Below the pieces are notes generated by a model that was given only the letters and a program-made list of their open reading frames with translations, did not search any database and was not told the DNA's origin. Made by a program: the position numbers and the translations under genes. A DNA stretch of 63,388 nt, filler included, from Lenisia limosa (Eukaryota; Protista; Breviatea), in assembly GCA_001655205.1 (NCBI GenBank). It is 13 parts of 13 records of this genome, joined end to end, with 100 filler letters (N's around TTAATTAATTAA, not from the genome) between each part and the next. Parts side by side here need not be neighbours in the genome. Positions count along the whole stretch, not along the records: positions 32,214 to 42,255 come from LPNZ01003745.1; positions 42,356 to 49,122 come from LPNZ01003584.1; positions 49,223 to 54,870 come from LPNZ01009980.1; 10 more parts are not named here. One strand, written 5' to 3'. Each line of letters opens with the position of its first letter. Within the stretch, counting starts at the first letter, position 1. Below are positions 37,053 to 49,321 of the stretch, piece after piece.

Positions 37053-40000
37053 CTACAACATTTTTAACCATTGTTCTATTTGGGAGGACTTGTGGCTTTT
37101 CGCCTTCTTTTTGGGTTCGGCGTTGCACTTCAACGTGATAAAATTAAATTCACAATATTCAAATTTGTTCCAACCAAGAAACAAATGTACAACTTTCATA
37201 TCATGCAAGCTTCCTGCCTGAAAGGCTACTATGGTATATCATGCAACGCTTCCTGCCTACAAGGCTACTATGGTATATCATACAATGCTGCTTCCTGCCA
37301 ACAAGGCTACTTTCATATCATGCAATGCTTCCTGCCTACAAGGATACTTTCATATCAGCTGTCACAGGGAAGTCAGAAAAGGGTAGCGTCTTGAACTCAT
37401 GTACTGCCTTCCAGAACCTGGAGGGGGGGAGTAAAACGAAGGAAACGAAAAAAGAAAATGGCAACACATTTCAATAAAGAGAACAATAAAAAAAGAAATG
37501 CAACTAAGAATCCATAAAAAGTCATCAAATGATCTCATTGCTCGTCACTTACCATTGTGGAGAGACTATTGGGATGCCCATCTTGTTTGCTTCTTGCCAC
37601 TTGGAAGTACCATACTAAAAGACATGAATGAGGATTTGGGACCGAAGGCAGTGTGGATACATATAACTATTTAAGTAACTCAGGCAATCTATTTAATACC
37701 CTCTTACAGAAGCGCAGATAAGCACTGTCACATCCTGGGTCATAGTTTTGCTGCATCGACCGCCAAAATGTTCGAACAAAACCCACTCATTGGTCCTGAA
37801 AATGTGACCACCAAGTACCAAGAGTTTGGTTTTGATAAGAACCCTGTTCGCCACCTACGTTTCAGGCCTGACTGATGTCGGAAACACGGAAGAGAAACAC
37901 ACTACTTGGTTGGCAAACACCTCTCGTCTCAGACGGTCAAGTTGCACCTGGGGTGTGTGAGGTCATGAGGTCTAAGATTCTGTATATTTGGTTGGGAGTG
38001 ATACTGTAAAAGGTTGTGTTTGGTTGAAGCAGTTATGAGAACTTACGTTGGTGTTGGCGGATGGAGAACAGATAAAATCTTCGTCAACATTCTGAAATCA
38101 TGAGATTACCGTCAAGAGTCAACCGAAAAGTTGACAACCACAAAAGCAGTTCACACAATAAAATAATTATTCTTTGAAAATAAAACATCTTACCTGGTAG
38201 AATCTTGCATGAACTTCATGGAGAATAAATGAAATGTGTTGGAGATAGTTGTCTTTGTCAATACCTATTTAAATTAGTTATACGTTTGTTATCATCGTCC
38301 TTTCACTTTGTAGGAAATAGATTGGTTAAAACTATTTGGCCAAAAGTCGCTGTATAAACTCACCAGCTGGGTACATGATAGGAAGGGGGTTGATGCCTTC
38401 GGGGTTACTAATGATGTCATCAGCGGGGTCTGACGTAAGCTTATCTTGAGGGTAAGGTATTCAGACGTATGACAGTTTGATAATTATTGGCGGCTGTAAT
38501 CAATAAGAGTTGAAGAAAATAGAAGCACCGTTACAGCAGGCATACTTGAATAAGGACGATGTGAAGGGGGTCTGAAGTTGAAGGCCTGAACAATCACAAC
38601 ATTCAAGTTAGACCGGTTCTTGAAATAAAATGAATATAATACCTACTACATATTATTATATTGCATAATAGAAACGTACATATGATATGTATATATTCAT
38701 ATGTTCATTCTCATTACTAGTGCACTGCACTCACTCCTTTTCCTGAGGGGTCAGCTCCACCGATTTGGTTCACTTCTCCAGACTTGGTGTCGAAAAAGGT
38801 GTCTACAGAATTAGTTGACAATCGCGCTAAAGAGTGGGTGGTACAATTGAGAATTACTATAGGACTGCGTGACCCCCATCAGCTCACAAGGCTTTGCTCT
38901 GACAAGGGCCGTGGACCCTGACCAAACGTCTGTTCTGTCGTCGACCACAATCGAGAGTGAATCGTCAAAGGGGAACAAGCTACGGATGTCTTTGCGTCCG
39001 GCTTAAGGGATGAGTAAAGGGTGGTTATGTTAAAAATAAATATCATCGCTCTCACTCCAAATCACCCATAGCATGGAAGAATCTCATATACCAGTGTCCT
39101 CTCGAGACAAAACACGTCCACTGAAAAGCGTGCCTTCAGGGTCCAAAATCTCGGTAATCTACAGATGTGTTAATAACACCAAAAATGATAGTTGAAGAGT
39201 TCTAAAACCCACCTTCTTGGCATAAGCCTCGGTACCCATTGTGAAAACATGGAGTTGGTAGATCTTATGTAAACTGATGAGGAAGTCTCTTGCACCAGGT
39301 CTGGGAGGGGGGTCAAAGATAGAACTAAATACCTCATCAATAGTTTAAGATAATACTAAATAATATACCGTTCTAAAAACAAAGTCCCAATAATCCATCA
39401 AGTTGGCAAAAAGCATCGATAGGAGTCTTGGTGTTTCGCCCAAATCAAAAATTACAGATGACAGTTTACCATCCCCCCCCCCCCCCCCNNNNNNNNNNNN
39501 NNNNNNNNNNNNNNNNNNNNNNNNNNNNNNNNNNNNNNNNNNNNNNNNNNNNNNNNNNNAAGGTAGAAATGGTACGTCTAAAACACATAAGACGAAAAAG
39601 CAAATGCAGAACGGATCTAATAAATGGCCACATACATCCTTGACTTCGGAGTCCAGTGATAGCTCCGGAGGTTTCGAAACAAATCTGCTCGATGGCTGAA
39701 ACATAAAACATAACATATTAAAATAATATACCAACCAAAGCACTCCTCACCGTTTCATCATCTGAGCCATCAAGATCCGCGAGGAAGGCAGCATCATCGT
39801 CATCAAGCTCGGAAGACGAAGGCTACACCCGTAATTACGATTTCTTGATATTAATAGTTTGGGATAAAGAAGATATCTGATATATCATATATACTCTTCA
39901 CTAACCTCGATAAGTGTATCAACTTCAGCTTCAATTGTTTGAGCTTTGGTAGGTACGGGTTCATCTAGGGGTATTAATTGGAATGAGTGCAAGGTCAGAT

Positions 40001-41381
40001 GCAGAGCAGAGGAGATAGGCATAATATATGTTGGTTTTACAGTTTAACATATAAACACATCATATCAAATGTTAATAACGTAAAAGAACCGTAACCAAGC
40101 GTGACTTGCGTGATGTCATTGGTGTAATAAAACTAATTATTATTGACAAAAGAGAACAACAGATATGATCGTACTTCTCACACCTATCAGGAATTGCTCT
40201 TCAGCATTAGCAGATTTCGCTTCTTCAACTTCGGCTTCCACCTCGCCCTCTGGAGTTGGAATTGGAATCCAGGGCAAGACCTGAGTTGATAAGAGTGCTG
40301 GACTGGCACCAACTGATCACCAAACATAGAAAATAAAACTTCAGCATACTCTTCGTTTGTCAGTAGTTGTATGGATGATGGTGTGATCAAGGTCCAAAAC
40401 CAAGCAAAGCCGCTTAGTACGGAGAAGCTTATGCTTCAATACGTTCTCTTGGTGGCGAACCAGCTACAACAGGGTAAACGAGTAGGTGTGAAGATGAAGT
40501 TGAATAGATCCCCAAGGCTTACACTGGCGTCCATTCTCAGTCCCCTGCGCTCCGATGAAACGTTGACACGGGTGGTTCCACTATTCTGAATCCACATTAA
40601 AACTTGGCCCATAGAGGTAAATTAGAAATTGAGAGAAATAATTGCTAAATCTAGAGGAGCTTTTGCAAACCTTCTCATTTTCCGCTTCATTGACTTCACG
40701 TCCGCACATCGCACACAGCCCATGCAGAATCATCTGATGGCTACAACCGCTGATAACTGCAATTGGCCTAAATTGTCATTATTAAGGATGGGGATAGCTC
40801 TTGTCATTAAAAAATAACGACTGGATGAATGATATAATATAACATATGAGAAACAAAAAAAAAAAAAAAAAAAAAAANNNNNNNNNNNNNNNNNNNNNNN
40901 NNNNNNNNNNNNNNNNNNNNNNNNNNNNNAATCTGAAAAACGATACTCTACTTAGCAGTGCATCCTCACATGCCATCTTCGTCAAGAACGTCCCCGGGCT
41001 TTTTGATTATCTCGTGAAGAACACCTGTGTTGTGTTGTTAATTGGATCTGAGGTCATACGTACAGTCACCCCCCTCCCTCCCCCTTCTGTGAATGGACAT
41101 GCTATGTATCATATTATTTGGCTATTCCAAGTGACAAACCATCTAAAGGTGATTTGGCTTCAAATAGCCGCTTCCTGGGGGTAGTTCCATCACGAAGCAC
41201 CTAGACTGTTAAAACCAAAAAATGTTGGAATAGTCAGCCTTGGTCAACCAACCCTTGCAAGAGCAATGGTATCACCAGCCTTGACCTGGTCACCAATCTT
41301 CACAAGGTAACGCTGGACTTGGTATTTGTCCTCTTCATCGATCTCAAACTCCTCAAAGTGCACCACATCTCGAACTGACAT
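37053..41381 (-). CDS. CTDP1: RNA polymerase II CTD phosphatase FCP1/CTDP1, multi-exon; terminal exons approximate
   Basis: N-terminal lipoyl-like segment VKIGDQVKAGD, then CSHQMILHGLCAMCG, LCLVLDLDHTIIH (DLDxT at ~40380-40394), RPGARDFL...LHVFTMGTEAYA, LFPFDDSLSIVVDDRTDVW, and a BRCT domain (VVCFSSVFP, FGG...VTVLICA, GTSKWQEA...IVSPQW). Confidence 0.9.
37195..37350. repeat. ~39-bp tandem repeat containing copies of the exon end and donor, in the last FCP1 intron
   Basis: Minus strand reads GATATGAAA|gtatccttgtaggcaggaagcattgcat-GATATGAAAgtagccttg..., about 4 units. Confidence 0.8.
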
Positions 41382-41700
41382 ACTTGGCTGCCTGAGCCGT
41401 GATCCTTTTTTAGTGTTGTTATTCTTATTAAATGACACTGTGGAGAGGAGGCGTCAAGCAACAGGGAACTCAACGACCGGAATCAGTCCCAAAAGGGAAT
41501 TGTTGCAAGAAAACGCTCTCTATTCCGCAGTAATCAATATAATATTACAAGAGTAAATAAACTAAAGGTATAGCCAAGGTATAGCAAGTCGAAAAAAATA
41601 AAAAAACCCCTGGGTAAAATATATGTAATTAATATAACTGATGTAATTTAGAGTATTTAAACTTTTTTTCTCTCCAAACAATGCGCTTTTTTGCTTCAGT

Positions 41701-42212
41701 ATGATCTATACAGACGCCAGATGGGCCGCGTTGACGCTAACCACGTTGCTACCTGCACTGGGGTTTTGGAAATTGAATGTGGTCATTCTTGAAGGAGTAC
41801 ACCCTTTAATTGTCGCAGCTATTGGCATTTTACTTTATGTGATCACATATGTTCACTTTTTGTCACTTCCTATCGTGAATTCTTCACAACCTCTTATCTT
41901 CTGGCTCTCTTTCGCTACCTGCACCTGCATTGCATTCCGTGAATCGATCTGGGATATCCTTGTGGTCTGGGGAGCAATTATTATTCAAATTGTCATTGTT
42001 GCCACTGGTGCGGCTCGCTATTATTTATTCCCTGCTACCTTGAGGGTCGCCAACATCATTTGGAACCAATACGGTATGTAGTCACAGTAATGAGGCTTGT
42101 TAATACTTTAGGCTGGAACGTGTATCAACATCCCACTGGCCGTGGACTCTTTGTGACTGGTCTTGTGTTGGCGTTCTGCGTGTTCCAGAACCTTTCCTCT
42201 GCTGCTGTGCGT
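41701..42212 (+). CDS. Multi-pass membrane protein, 5' part, truncated at scaffold end
   Basis: Exon 1 of ~124 codons with 3-4 hydrophobic stretches (MIYTDARWAALTLTTLLPALGFW...), spliced in frame to GWNVYQHPTGRGLFVTGLVLAFCVFQNLSSA. Divergent from FCP1. Confidence 0.55.
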
Positions 42213-42469
42213 GGGGGCGAAGTGGAATAATCCAATCTGGGTTTGCATAATATTANNNNNNNNNNNNNNNNNNNNNNNNNNNNNNNNNNNNNNNNNNNNT
42301 TAATTAATTAANNNNNNNNNNNNNNNNNNNNNNNNNNNNNNNNNNNNNNNNNNNNATATGTTGGCTTTGCGTTTGAGACCACCAATCCGAGAAAGACAAA
42401 ACTATCGATGTTTATGGAGGATATACTGAGAAATTTAGTCTTTTTTTGGACTGCAGGGAAGCCAAATAT

Positions 42470-45400
42470 CACCACCACCCACCCAATACAGATGAGATAT
42501 CTTCAGGAGCCATTTCAGGTTCACCTTCCTCATCCACCCAGTCGCCCTCTGAGCCCTCGTCTTCTGGGGGAGGGGTGAATTAGTGGAGTGGCAAAAAATA
42601 ACATTCTGTTTCATGGACTCTCTCCCCCTCTCCACAGGCCTCAAGTCCACCCACGATATTTAAGGTATTTTATAACTTTTAGCCGCAGGACCTTTATGAT
42701 CCTTGCTTAAATGCAAAAAAGGTTCAAAAAAGAAAAAGAATCAAAAAAAGACAAAATCGTCCAAAAAGCCCTCCAGTACCTGGTGTAATGGTTTCTGGAG
42801 CAGCCGACACGGACTTCTTAAAGAAAAGCGGCACTGCAGCCGCGGCTTCCAGGAGGGTGCTGTGAAACTCGGGGGGCGGCGGCAGGGTAAGAGACTAGGT
42901 CGTAAGCTCTGTGTAGGGCTGTATATAACTGGTTGGGTAGCGCTATACTATATGGCCATATTACTCTGCTTGTGTATGGCTATATTACTCTGCTTGTGTA
43001 TGACTATATTACTCTGCTTGTGTATGACTATATTACTCTGCTTGTGTAGGCTGCTGGAGACACATCATAGTATCCCCACGTATTTATTTGTTTCCCTAGA
43101 TTTCTAATGTATATTATTTCTCTTGTTAAAAAAACATCACAGAGTTGTGACATAATAGGCCCCCCACATTGCCCTGGATAATAGGCCCCCCACATTGCCC
43201 TGGATAAGCTGAACACAGTTCTTGAAGAACTGCTCGATCATTGGAGACTCGGACTGAGGGGAAGAGGGGTCAGGAAGAGATACAGAGTACAGCTTTCCAC
43301 TGCATTTGCTTCCAATGGAAGAAAGGGAATTGGTTATTAGCAACGTGAGCTCACCCACACCCCTTTTCCTAATTTCCCAAACAAGTTCCTCGATAAATAT
43401 CGAACACACTTACACGGTCATACACTTAGGGCTTCACTTCGGTTCGAAAAATTCCGGGAAACTATAAACGGTTTTCGAGGATATATTGAGAAATTTAGTC
43501 ATTTTTTGAATAGAAGTGAAGCCCTAATGTCCCCTCTTTTCTTTACCCCCCACGTTGCATGACGGAAGGCCGGTGCCTTGAGCGTTACGGCCCATTCTCC
43601 ATATATTTGGTAGGAACGAGGAAAGCGTGATTGCAAGAGAGCTTCTCAGGTTATTTGACGGCGACGTTGCCAGGCCCCAGAGACGCCCCATCATGAGGTC
43701 TGCATCATAAGAGTCAAGGCAAGGGTGCATAACATGGGTTGATATATCGCCATATAGTAGAGGAGAAATAAAACAAGGTTTTCTGACCGAAGCCGTCCAG
43801 ACTATCACGCTTATATAAGAGATGTTGGATTATAAGTTTACCCCCACACCCTGCCATATACATCTCCCCCACACCCTGCCATATACATCTCCCATTTGAA
43901 TAATCGATATTATGAACACAAATAAACAGAAGAGCTACTATAGAATGCAAAATCTGCCACTTTGGTGTTGAATAACAATATCTCTTCTCCCCTCCCCCTT
44001 CGCACCCCCATCTTTAAAATGTAAACAGGTTCTCTCTCACTCTCCCCCCTCCCCACGCATAGCCTTGGACGACCTCCATGAAGACTCGGCCATGACAGGT
44101 CTCATCATTGCTATGTGTTTCAGCTGCATGGTAACTGTCTCATGCAGTGGACGAGCGATAATCGAATCTGAAGGTGGTAATAATATGCTCTGAAGGTGAG
44201 GGATTAGTGGCGGTTTATTTGGATGATGTGCTGTTTTGAAACAATAGAGCGATAATACCTGGTTCTCTGCTTCAGGTAAAAAAAAAAATGAAACTCATAA
44301 TCTATAAATGTCTGCTTTAAGGAAAGGAAAGACACCCCCCATACTAACAAGCCATCCCAGTCTTCGGGGGTCTCTGTCGTACGTGAAGGAATGCATGATA
44401 GACGCCCAGCACTCTTGTCCCTCCTCAGTCAACTTCTGGCCAAGAGCGTCTTCGATCTTCAGCGACAGGTATCTGCAAAGGGGTGGCAATTATCTTAGGC
44501 CATGGGTATCTGAAAAACAAGGTAAACTATCGAATCGATGATTTTTCGAAAAAATCAGTAACTGTCTGGATCGGAGTGAAGACCTTGTCAAAAATGTTAC
44601 GAAGGGATGCGAAAGGATAATACACTCCCCCACGAGTGTGCGAAATCTTGGTCCTGAGGCTTCCAGTGCTTTGTCGCTCTTGCCAGGCCGGCTAGAATCT
44701 CCAAACCCGTGAAAAGGTACGGCAGTTCTTGGTCTGGGGGAGGGTAAGTGAAATATGCATATATTATATATAAAACAGAAAAAGAATGCAATGCTCAAAT
44801 CAAAGCAAGAGTGGGTACTACCATCATTATCCCTCCTTATAGTGCAGCGTGACACCATTAATCTTTCTTATCCACAGCTGTTGAACACCTCGCCCCTTAG
44901 ATATCTATAGTTTACGAGGTCACCCCTTAGATATCGATAGTTTATGAGGTCACCCCTTAGATATCGATAATTTACGAGGATTTATCGAGAATTTCAGTCT
45001 TTTTTCAATACTCACCCCCCGAACCCTTTTCGCCGACATCCAACAAGGCGTTGATGTGAGGAATGATGAGACGCATCGCCTCAACCTGGGGGAAGGTCAA
45101 ACAATGAGAAAAGAACAGGCCACATCATCAAAGCGTATTGGTGACATGACCAGGCCGCACCGTCAAAGCGTATTGATGAAACATTGTGATAGCATCCCCC
45201 ATACCCCTCCGCATTGGAAAAGGCCCTTCCAGTACTGCATCGTTTCCGTCTCAAAGTCCTCGTGCTAAATAGTTGAGTATTATCCACAGAAGTGAGTTTT
45301 ATTGAGTATTGTCTACACAGTTGAGTATTGTCTACACAGTTGCCCATATCCTGATACGGTTTTGAGTCAGAAAAAGTGACTGAAAATAGCGATGAATCTC

Positions 45401-48400
45401 TCCCATCAAGCAATTCACCCCCCCCCCCACCTGTGTTCTGGTGGCAGCAACAGCGAAAAGCGACTTTCTATATGACGGAAGGCTGACCGCGTTGAGGATG
45501 ATGGCTCTGACTCTCTTGGACATTTGCGAGAGTTTGGTGTCTACTGTGTAGTCGTATATCTTGGTACCGGGGGCAAAGCCCTCGTAGCCCAAAACGTCTA
45601 AAGCGTTAGCTCTGTTCATATTTCTAATCTTAGGGCTCCGTGCAATTAACTGAAAAATAAATTGCCGAATTTGAAGTGTGACATATTGTCTTGGGAACTC
45701 CATTTCAGCCACTTTAATTTAAATTTTGTCAATTAATTTGTTCAAACAATTAACTGTACGGGAAGCCCTAGGAATAATGGATCATAATATTATATCATAT
45801 TCTACATTCACTACACTTTAAGAAACTCCTATCAGGGATATTGATGATAGGATCCATTTTGGAGGGGCTTTTATTAAATATAAAAGTGGCTGATATTGGC
45901 ATGTATGATTATTATGACCCCTATGGTCCCAAAAACACCGATTAAATATCGATATTTATTGAGGATTTATCGATAAATTCAATCTTTTTTGGGATCATAG
46001 GGAAGCCCTAATTATTCCTCTCAGTCCCTTCCAAACTTTTATCGAAATACGCGACATCATCCCGAGAGGGGATGGCCAAATTCTCCCATTCACTCGGCTC
46101 AATTCGAACCTAAAAAGCATCAGCATCCTCCTTTACACTGAGTGAGTTCCAGGAAGCAAGAGGGTTCAGTAGTGCGAGGTATGTAGAAATATTCTATGGT
46201 CGCAGAAGGAACAAGGGGAATGCTAGATGTATTCTCATAATATGAAAAACCACATTTTTGTGCGGCAGTTCTATCATCCCAATATATCCCTGGTCCTCCA
46301 ATGGACACCTTACAGCTAACAATACATACCTTACACGCTTCCAGGTGGTGTTGCCACTCCTGTTCAGGGGTGTATTGCGCTTCAATAGCCTTCAGAGCCT
46401 TAACGTCGCATTGTTTCGGCCTGGGGGTGGGGGGTGGGAGCGGGNNNNNNNNNNNNNNNNNNNNNNNNNNNNNNNNNNNNNNNNNNNNNNNNNNNNNNNN
46501 NNNNNGGATTCATATTTGACACATTGCGAGTTTGCTGCCGATTCAACATCACATCATTAAAAATGAAAAAAGTTCACAGGGGGAATATCTCGGCGCAATA
46601 AGAATCTGAAGCTTAAGACCCCCAGCAACACCACAGTCAACAACAAGGCTACCCCCCCCCCCCNNNNNNNNNNNNNNNNNNNNNNNNNNNNNNNNNNNNN
46701 NNNNNNNNNNNNNNNNNNNNNNNNNNNNNNNNNNNNNNNNNNNNNNNNNNNNNNNNNNNNNNNNNNNNNNNNNNNNNNNNNNNNNNNNNNNNNNNNNNNN
46801 NNNNNCAATCGAGTCAATAGCAAGGTCACTCAACTGCAGCAAATGACGCGGTACTTGGGGCTTCGTCGTCACAAACAGAATCTGGGTGAAAATAAGACTG
46901 ATAGAAGAAAGGGTCGATACCAATTTACAAAACTCTCAAAAAGTAGACGATATGTTACATAATACTATGGCATTCAGTATTTGAAACAATAAGCCTTTCT
47001 TAAGAGGGGCCAACCTTGTGTGCTATCCTGGCGACGTCCCTCAGATCAACCACGTCACTGAGCTGCATTTGGAATGTCATCTGGGGGGGGGGTAAATGAA
47101 ACAGTTTATTAAAACACAAACCCCCCCTGAAAAAAAAAAAAAAAACTCTGTTGCCTATAGTTGTGTTTCATTTTTGGATTCCGTGAATTTGAAACAGCAA
47201 GCCATTTCAGGCTCTTTCATTCTATAAGGCACTTGGAAAACGCCCTAACCGCCTTATACCCCACAATACACATACATACTATCTCCTTTCCCCCACTATG
47301 GCGCGGTTGATTTTTATTTTTGATTAAAAAAAAATTGTCCGTGGCACAATTTGAACTAAAACTGTATCTACCTCCTCAATCGCGCAATTAAAATTATTAC
47401 TAATTTTTTAGCAAAAAAAAAAATTAAAAATCAACAGCGTCCATTATATAACATATGATATAACAAGACACCCTTTACACCCCTCCCCTCACGGTGACGA
47501 TGTTGTCAACTAGGTCGAGGGGGAGGTGAGCAATGAGAGTGTAGGACGGCGTGGTCGTGGGCATGGGGTCAAGACAGATGACGAGAGTCTGGAGGGCTTG
47601 CGACTGAAAGGGTGAGATACTAGGCAATATCCATAGGCAATGTCCAAGGCAATATACAGTATTTCATTAGGAGACGTAGAGATAAGAAATAAAACAAGGT
47701 TGTATCAGGCCGAAGCCATCCACCATCACGTTTATAAGAGATAGATTATTGGATTGAAGAATAATATTAATTCATCCAATCATTTGCCTTACACCCCCAG
47801 TTACACTGAAAAAAGTACCAGAAGGAAAAGAGTTCGTAGGTGTTATGTCTTATTCATTTAAAAGAAAAAGCCAGTCAAAGTATCAAGCCGGTTAAACGTA
47901 AAAACAGGTTGAAGAATCCAAGGAAGATAGAGGAGAGTGGTGGAAACCCAATTAAGCTAAACAAAGAAAGAAGAGATGATAGTTGCGACGAGAGACGCCC
48001 ACCTGAGTCTTCCAATTGAGAGTCTGATCAGTGGCCATTTGACAGAGAGTGCGAATGAAGTCGATGGTTTTCTGCTTCTGTGCTTCGGCTTGAAGGACAN
48101 NNNNNNNNNNNNNNNNNNNNNNNNNNNNNNNNNNNNNNNNNNNNNNNNNNNNNNNNNNNNNNNNNNNNNNNNNNNNNNNNNNNNNNNNNNNNNNNNNNNN
48201 NNNNNNNNNNNNNNNNNNNNNNNNNNNNNNNNNNNNNNNNNNNNNNNNNNNNNNNNTATCGAAACAAACGGAGCATACCGCGCGGGTGATGATGGTAGGG
48301 TCAAGCTTGAGAACTGTTTGCAGAGCACTGGGGGCAAGCTGGTTGAGGAACGGGGGGTTGGAGGTGGGAATAGGCCGGCCATCTACACTGTTAAAGGCTG

Positions 48401-49102
48401 CAATATCGTGCGATGAAAGGTTTGTATTTAAGGCTGCACTTCGGTTTAAAAACAAGACTGAATTTCTCGATAAATTCTCAAAAATTCTCGATAGTTTACT
48501 GTTATTGTTCGAACTGAAGTTTGCTGTATTATGTAATAATGAACATGGTGTCTGTACGGAAGAGAAGGAATCATCAAAAGCTTCTCCACCATAGCTTCTG
48601 AAAATATAGCACTTTCTTCAAAATACAAAATCCTCTCAAAGGCCTCCCACTGCTCTCTGGAGACGGGTTGATCTCGAACACCGCCGGAAGCGGGAGGGTC
48701 TCACAGAACAGTGGCGGGGAACTGACATGCATGGGGGGACCGAAGGGATTGGCTGGATTGTTATTGCGATGGAGGAAGACCAACAACTCTCTCTCTCTTT
48801 TATGCGTCCCGTGATTGTGCTAATGTAAACAAAAGGTAAACATCATTAGACTATATCCAAAGTTTCAATGATTTATTTTTTAACTGTACCACTTTTATCA
48901 CTTTTTATTATTTTTTATATACAAACACTCAAATAACACCGTCCTATTGTCCATAAGACTGCCCCCCCACCCATAAGGCAGGCGGCGGCCTCAGCCTTGT
49001 CCGTGCCGTGAGCCAAGAAATGGGTCATAAAGTCGACCGGTCCGGGCTGGAGAGTGGCGGGAATGCGCATGAGGTATGGCGCAAAGGTGGGGGGGACAAA
49101 GT
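42470..49102 (-). CDS. PSME4: Proteasome activator PA200/Blm10 (PSME4), C-terminal-half fragment
   Basis: Exons ...GLEILAGLARATKHWK (~44660-44705) and CWASIMHSFTYDRDPRRLGWL (~44350-44400) resemble PSME4 segments as I recall them (EIIAGLIRGSKHW, NRDPRKLHWL). The many surrounding in-frame exons are helical-repeat-like. Confidence 0.7.
42950..43050. repeat. 24-bp tandem repeat, 4 copies
   Basis: Unit tattactctgcttgtgtatgacta. Confidence 0.85.
43427..43526. mobile_element. MITE family A copy
   Basis: tagggcttcacttcggttcg...gaagtgaagcccta. No clear TSD. Confidence 0.82.
45915..46010. mobile_element. MITE family A, subfamily A2
   Basis: ccctatggtcccaaaaa...ttttgggatcatagggaagcccta. Confidence 0.78.
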
Positions 49103-49234
49103 TCTCAGCAAGGGACAGCTGCNNNNNNNNNNNNNNNNNNNNNNNNNNNNNNNNNNNNNNNNNNNNTTAATTAATTAANNNNNNNNNNNNNNNNNNNNNN
49201 NNNNNNNNNNNNNNNNNNNNNNCCCCCCCCCCCA

Positions 49235-49321
49235 AACCAATATTCTTCATCGAAAGTTTCTCTCCGTTTTACCAGTTGATGTGGTCTTTTTGTTTCATAA
49301 ATTTTCCAATTTACCCCCCAG
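49235..49321 (+). repeat. Family D intron 3'-end module before the NifS SHK exon
   Basis: ccaatattcttcatcgaaa...gttgatgtggtctttttgtttcataaattttccaatttaccccccag|GCCAAGCAC. Confidence 0.75.

Noticed and set aside
40950-41381. Biotinyl/lipoyl-carrier-like motif VKIGDQVKAGD
   Set aside because: It splices into the CxH..GLCxxCG and DLDHT exons and is best read as the N-terminal region of FCP1, not a separate carboxylase or dehydrogenase subunit.
44895-44990. 30-bp triple repeat as a separate element
   Set aside because: It is local amplification of the internal part of a family A MITE.
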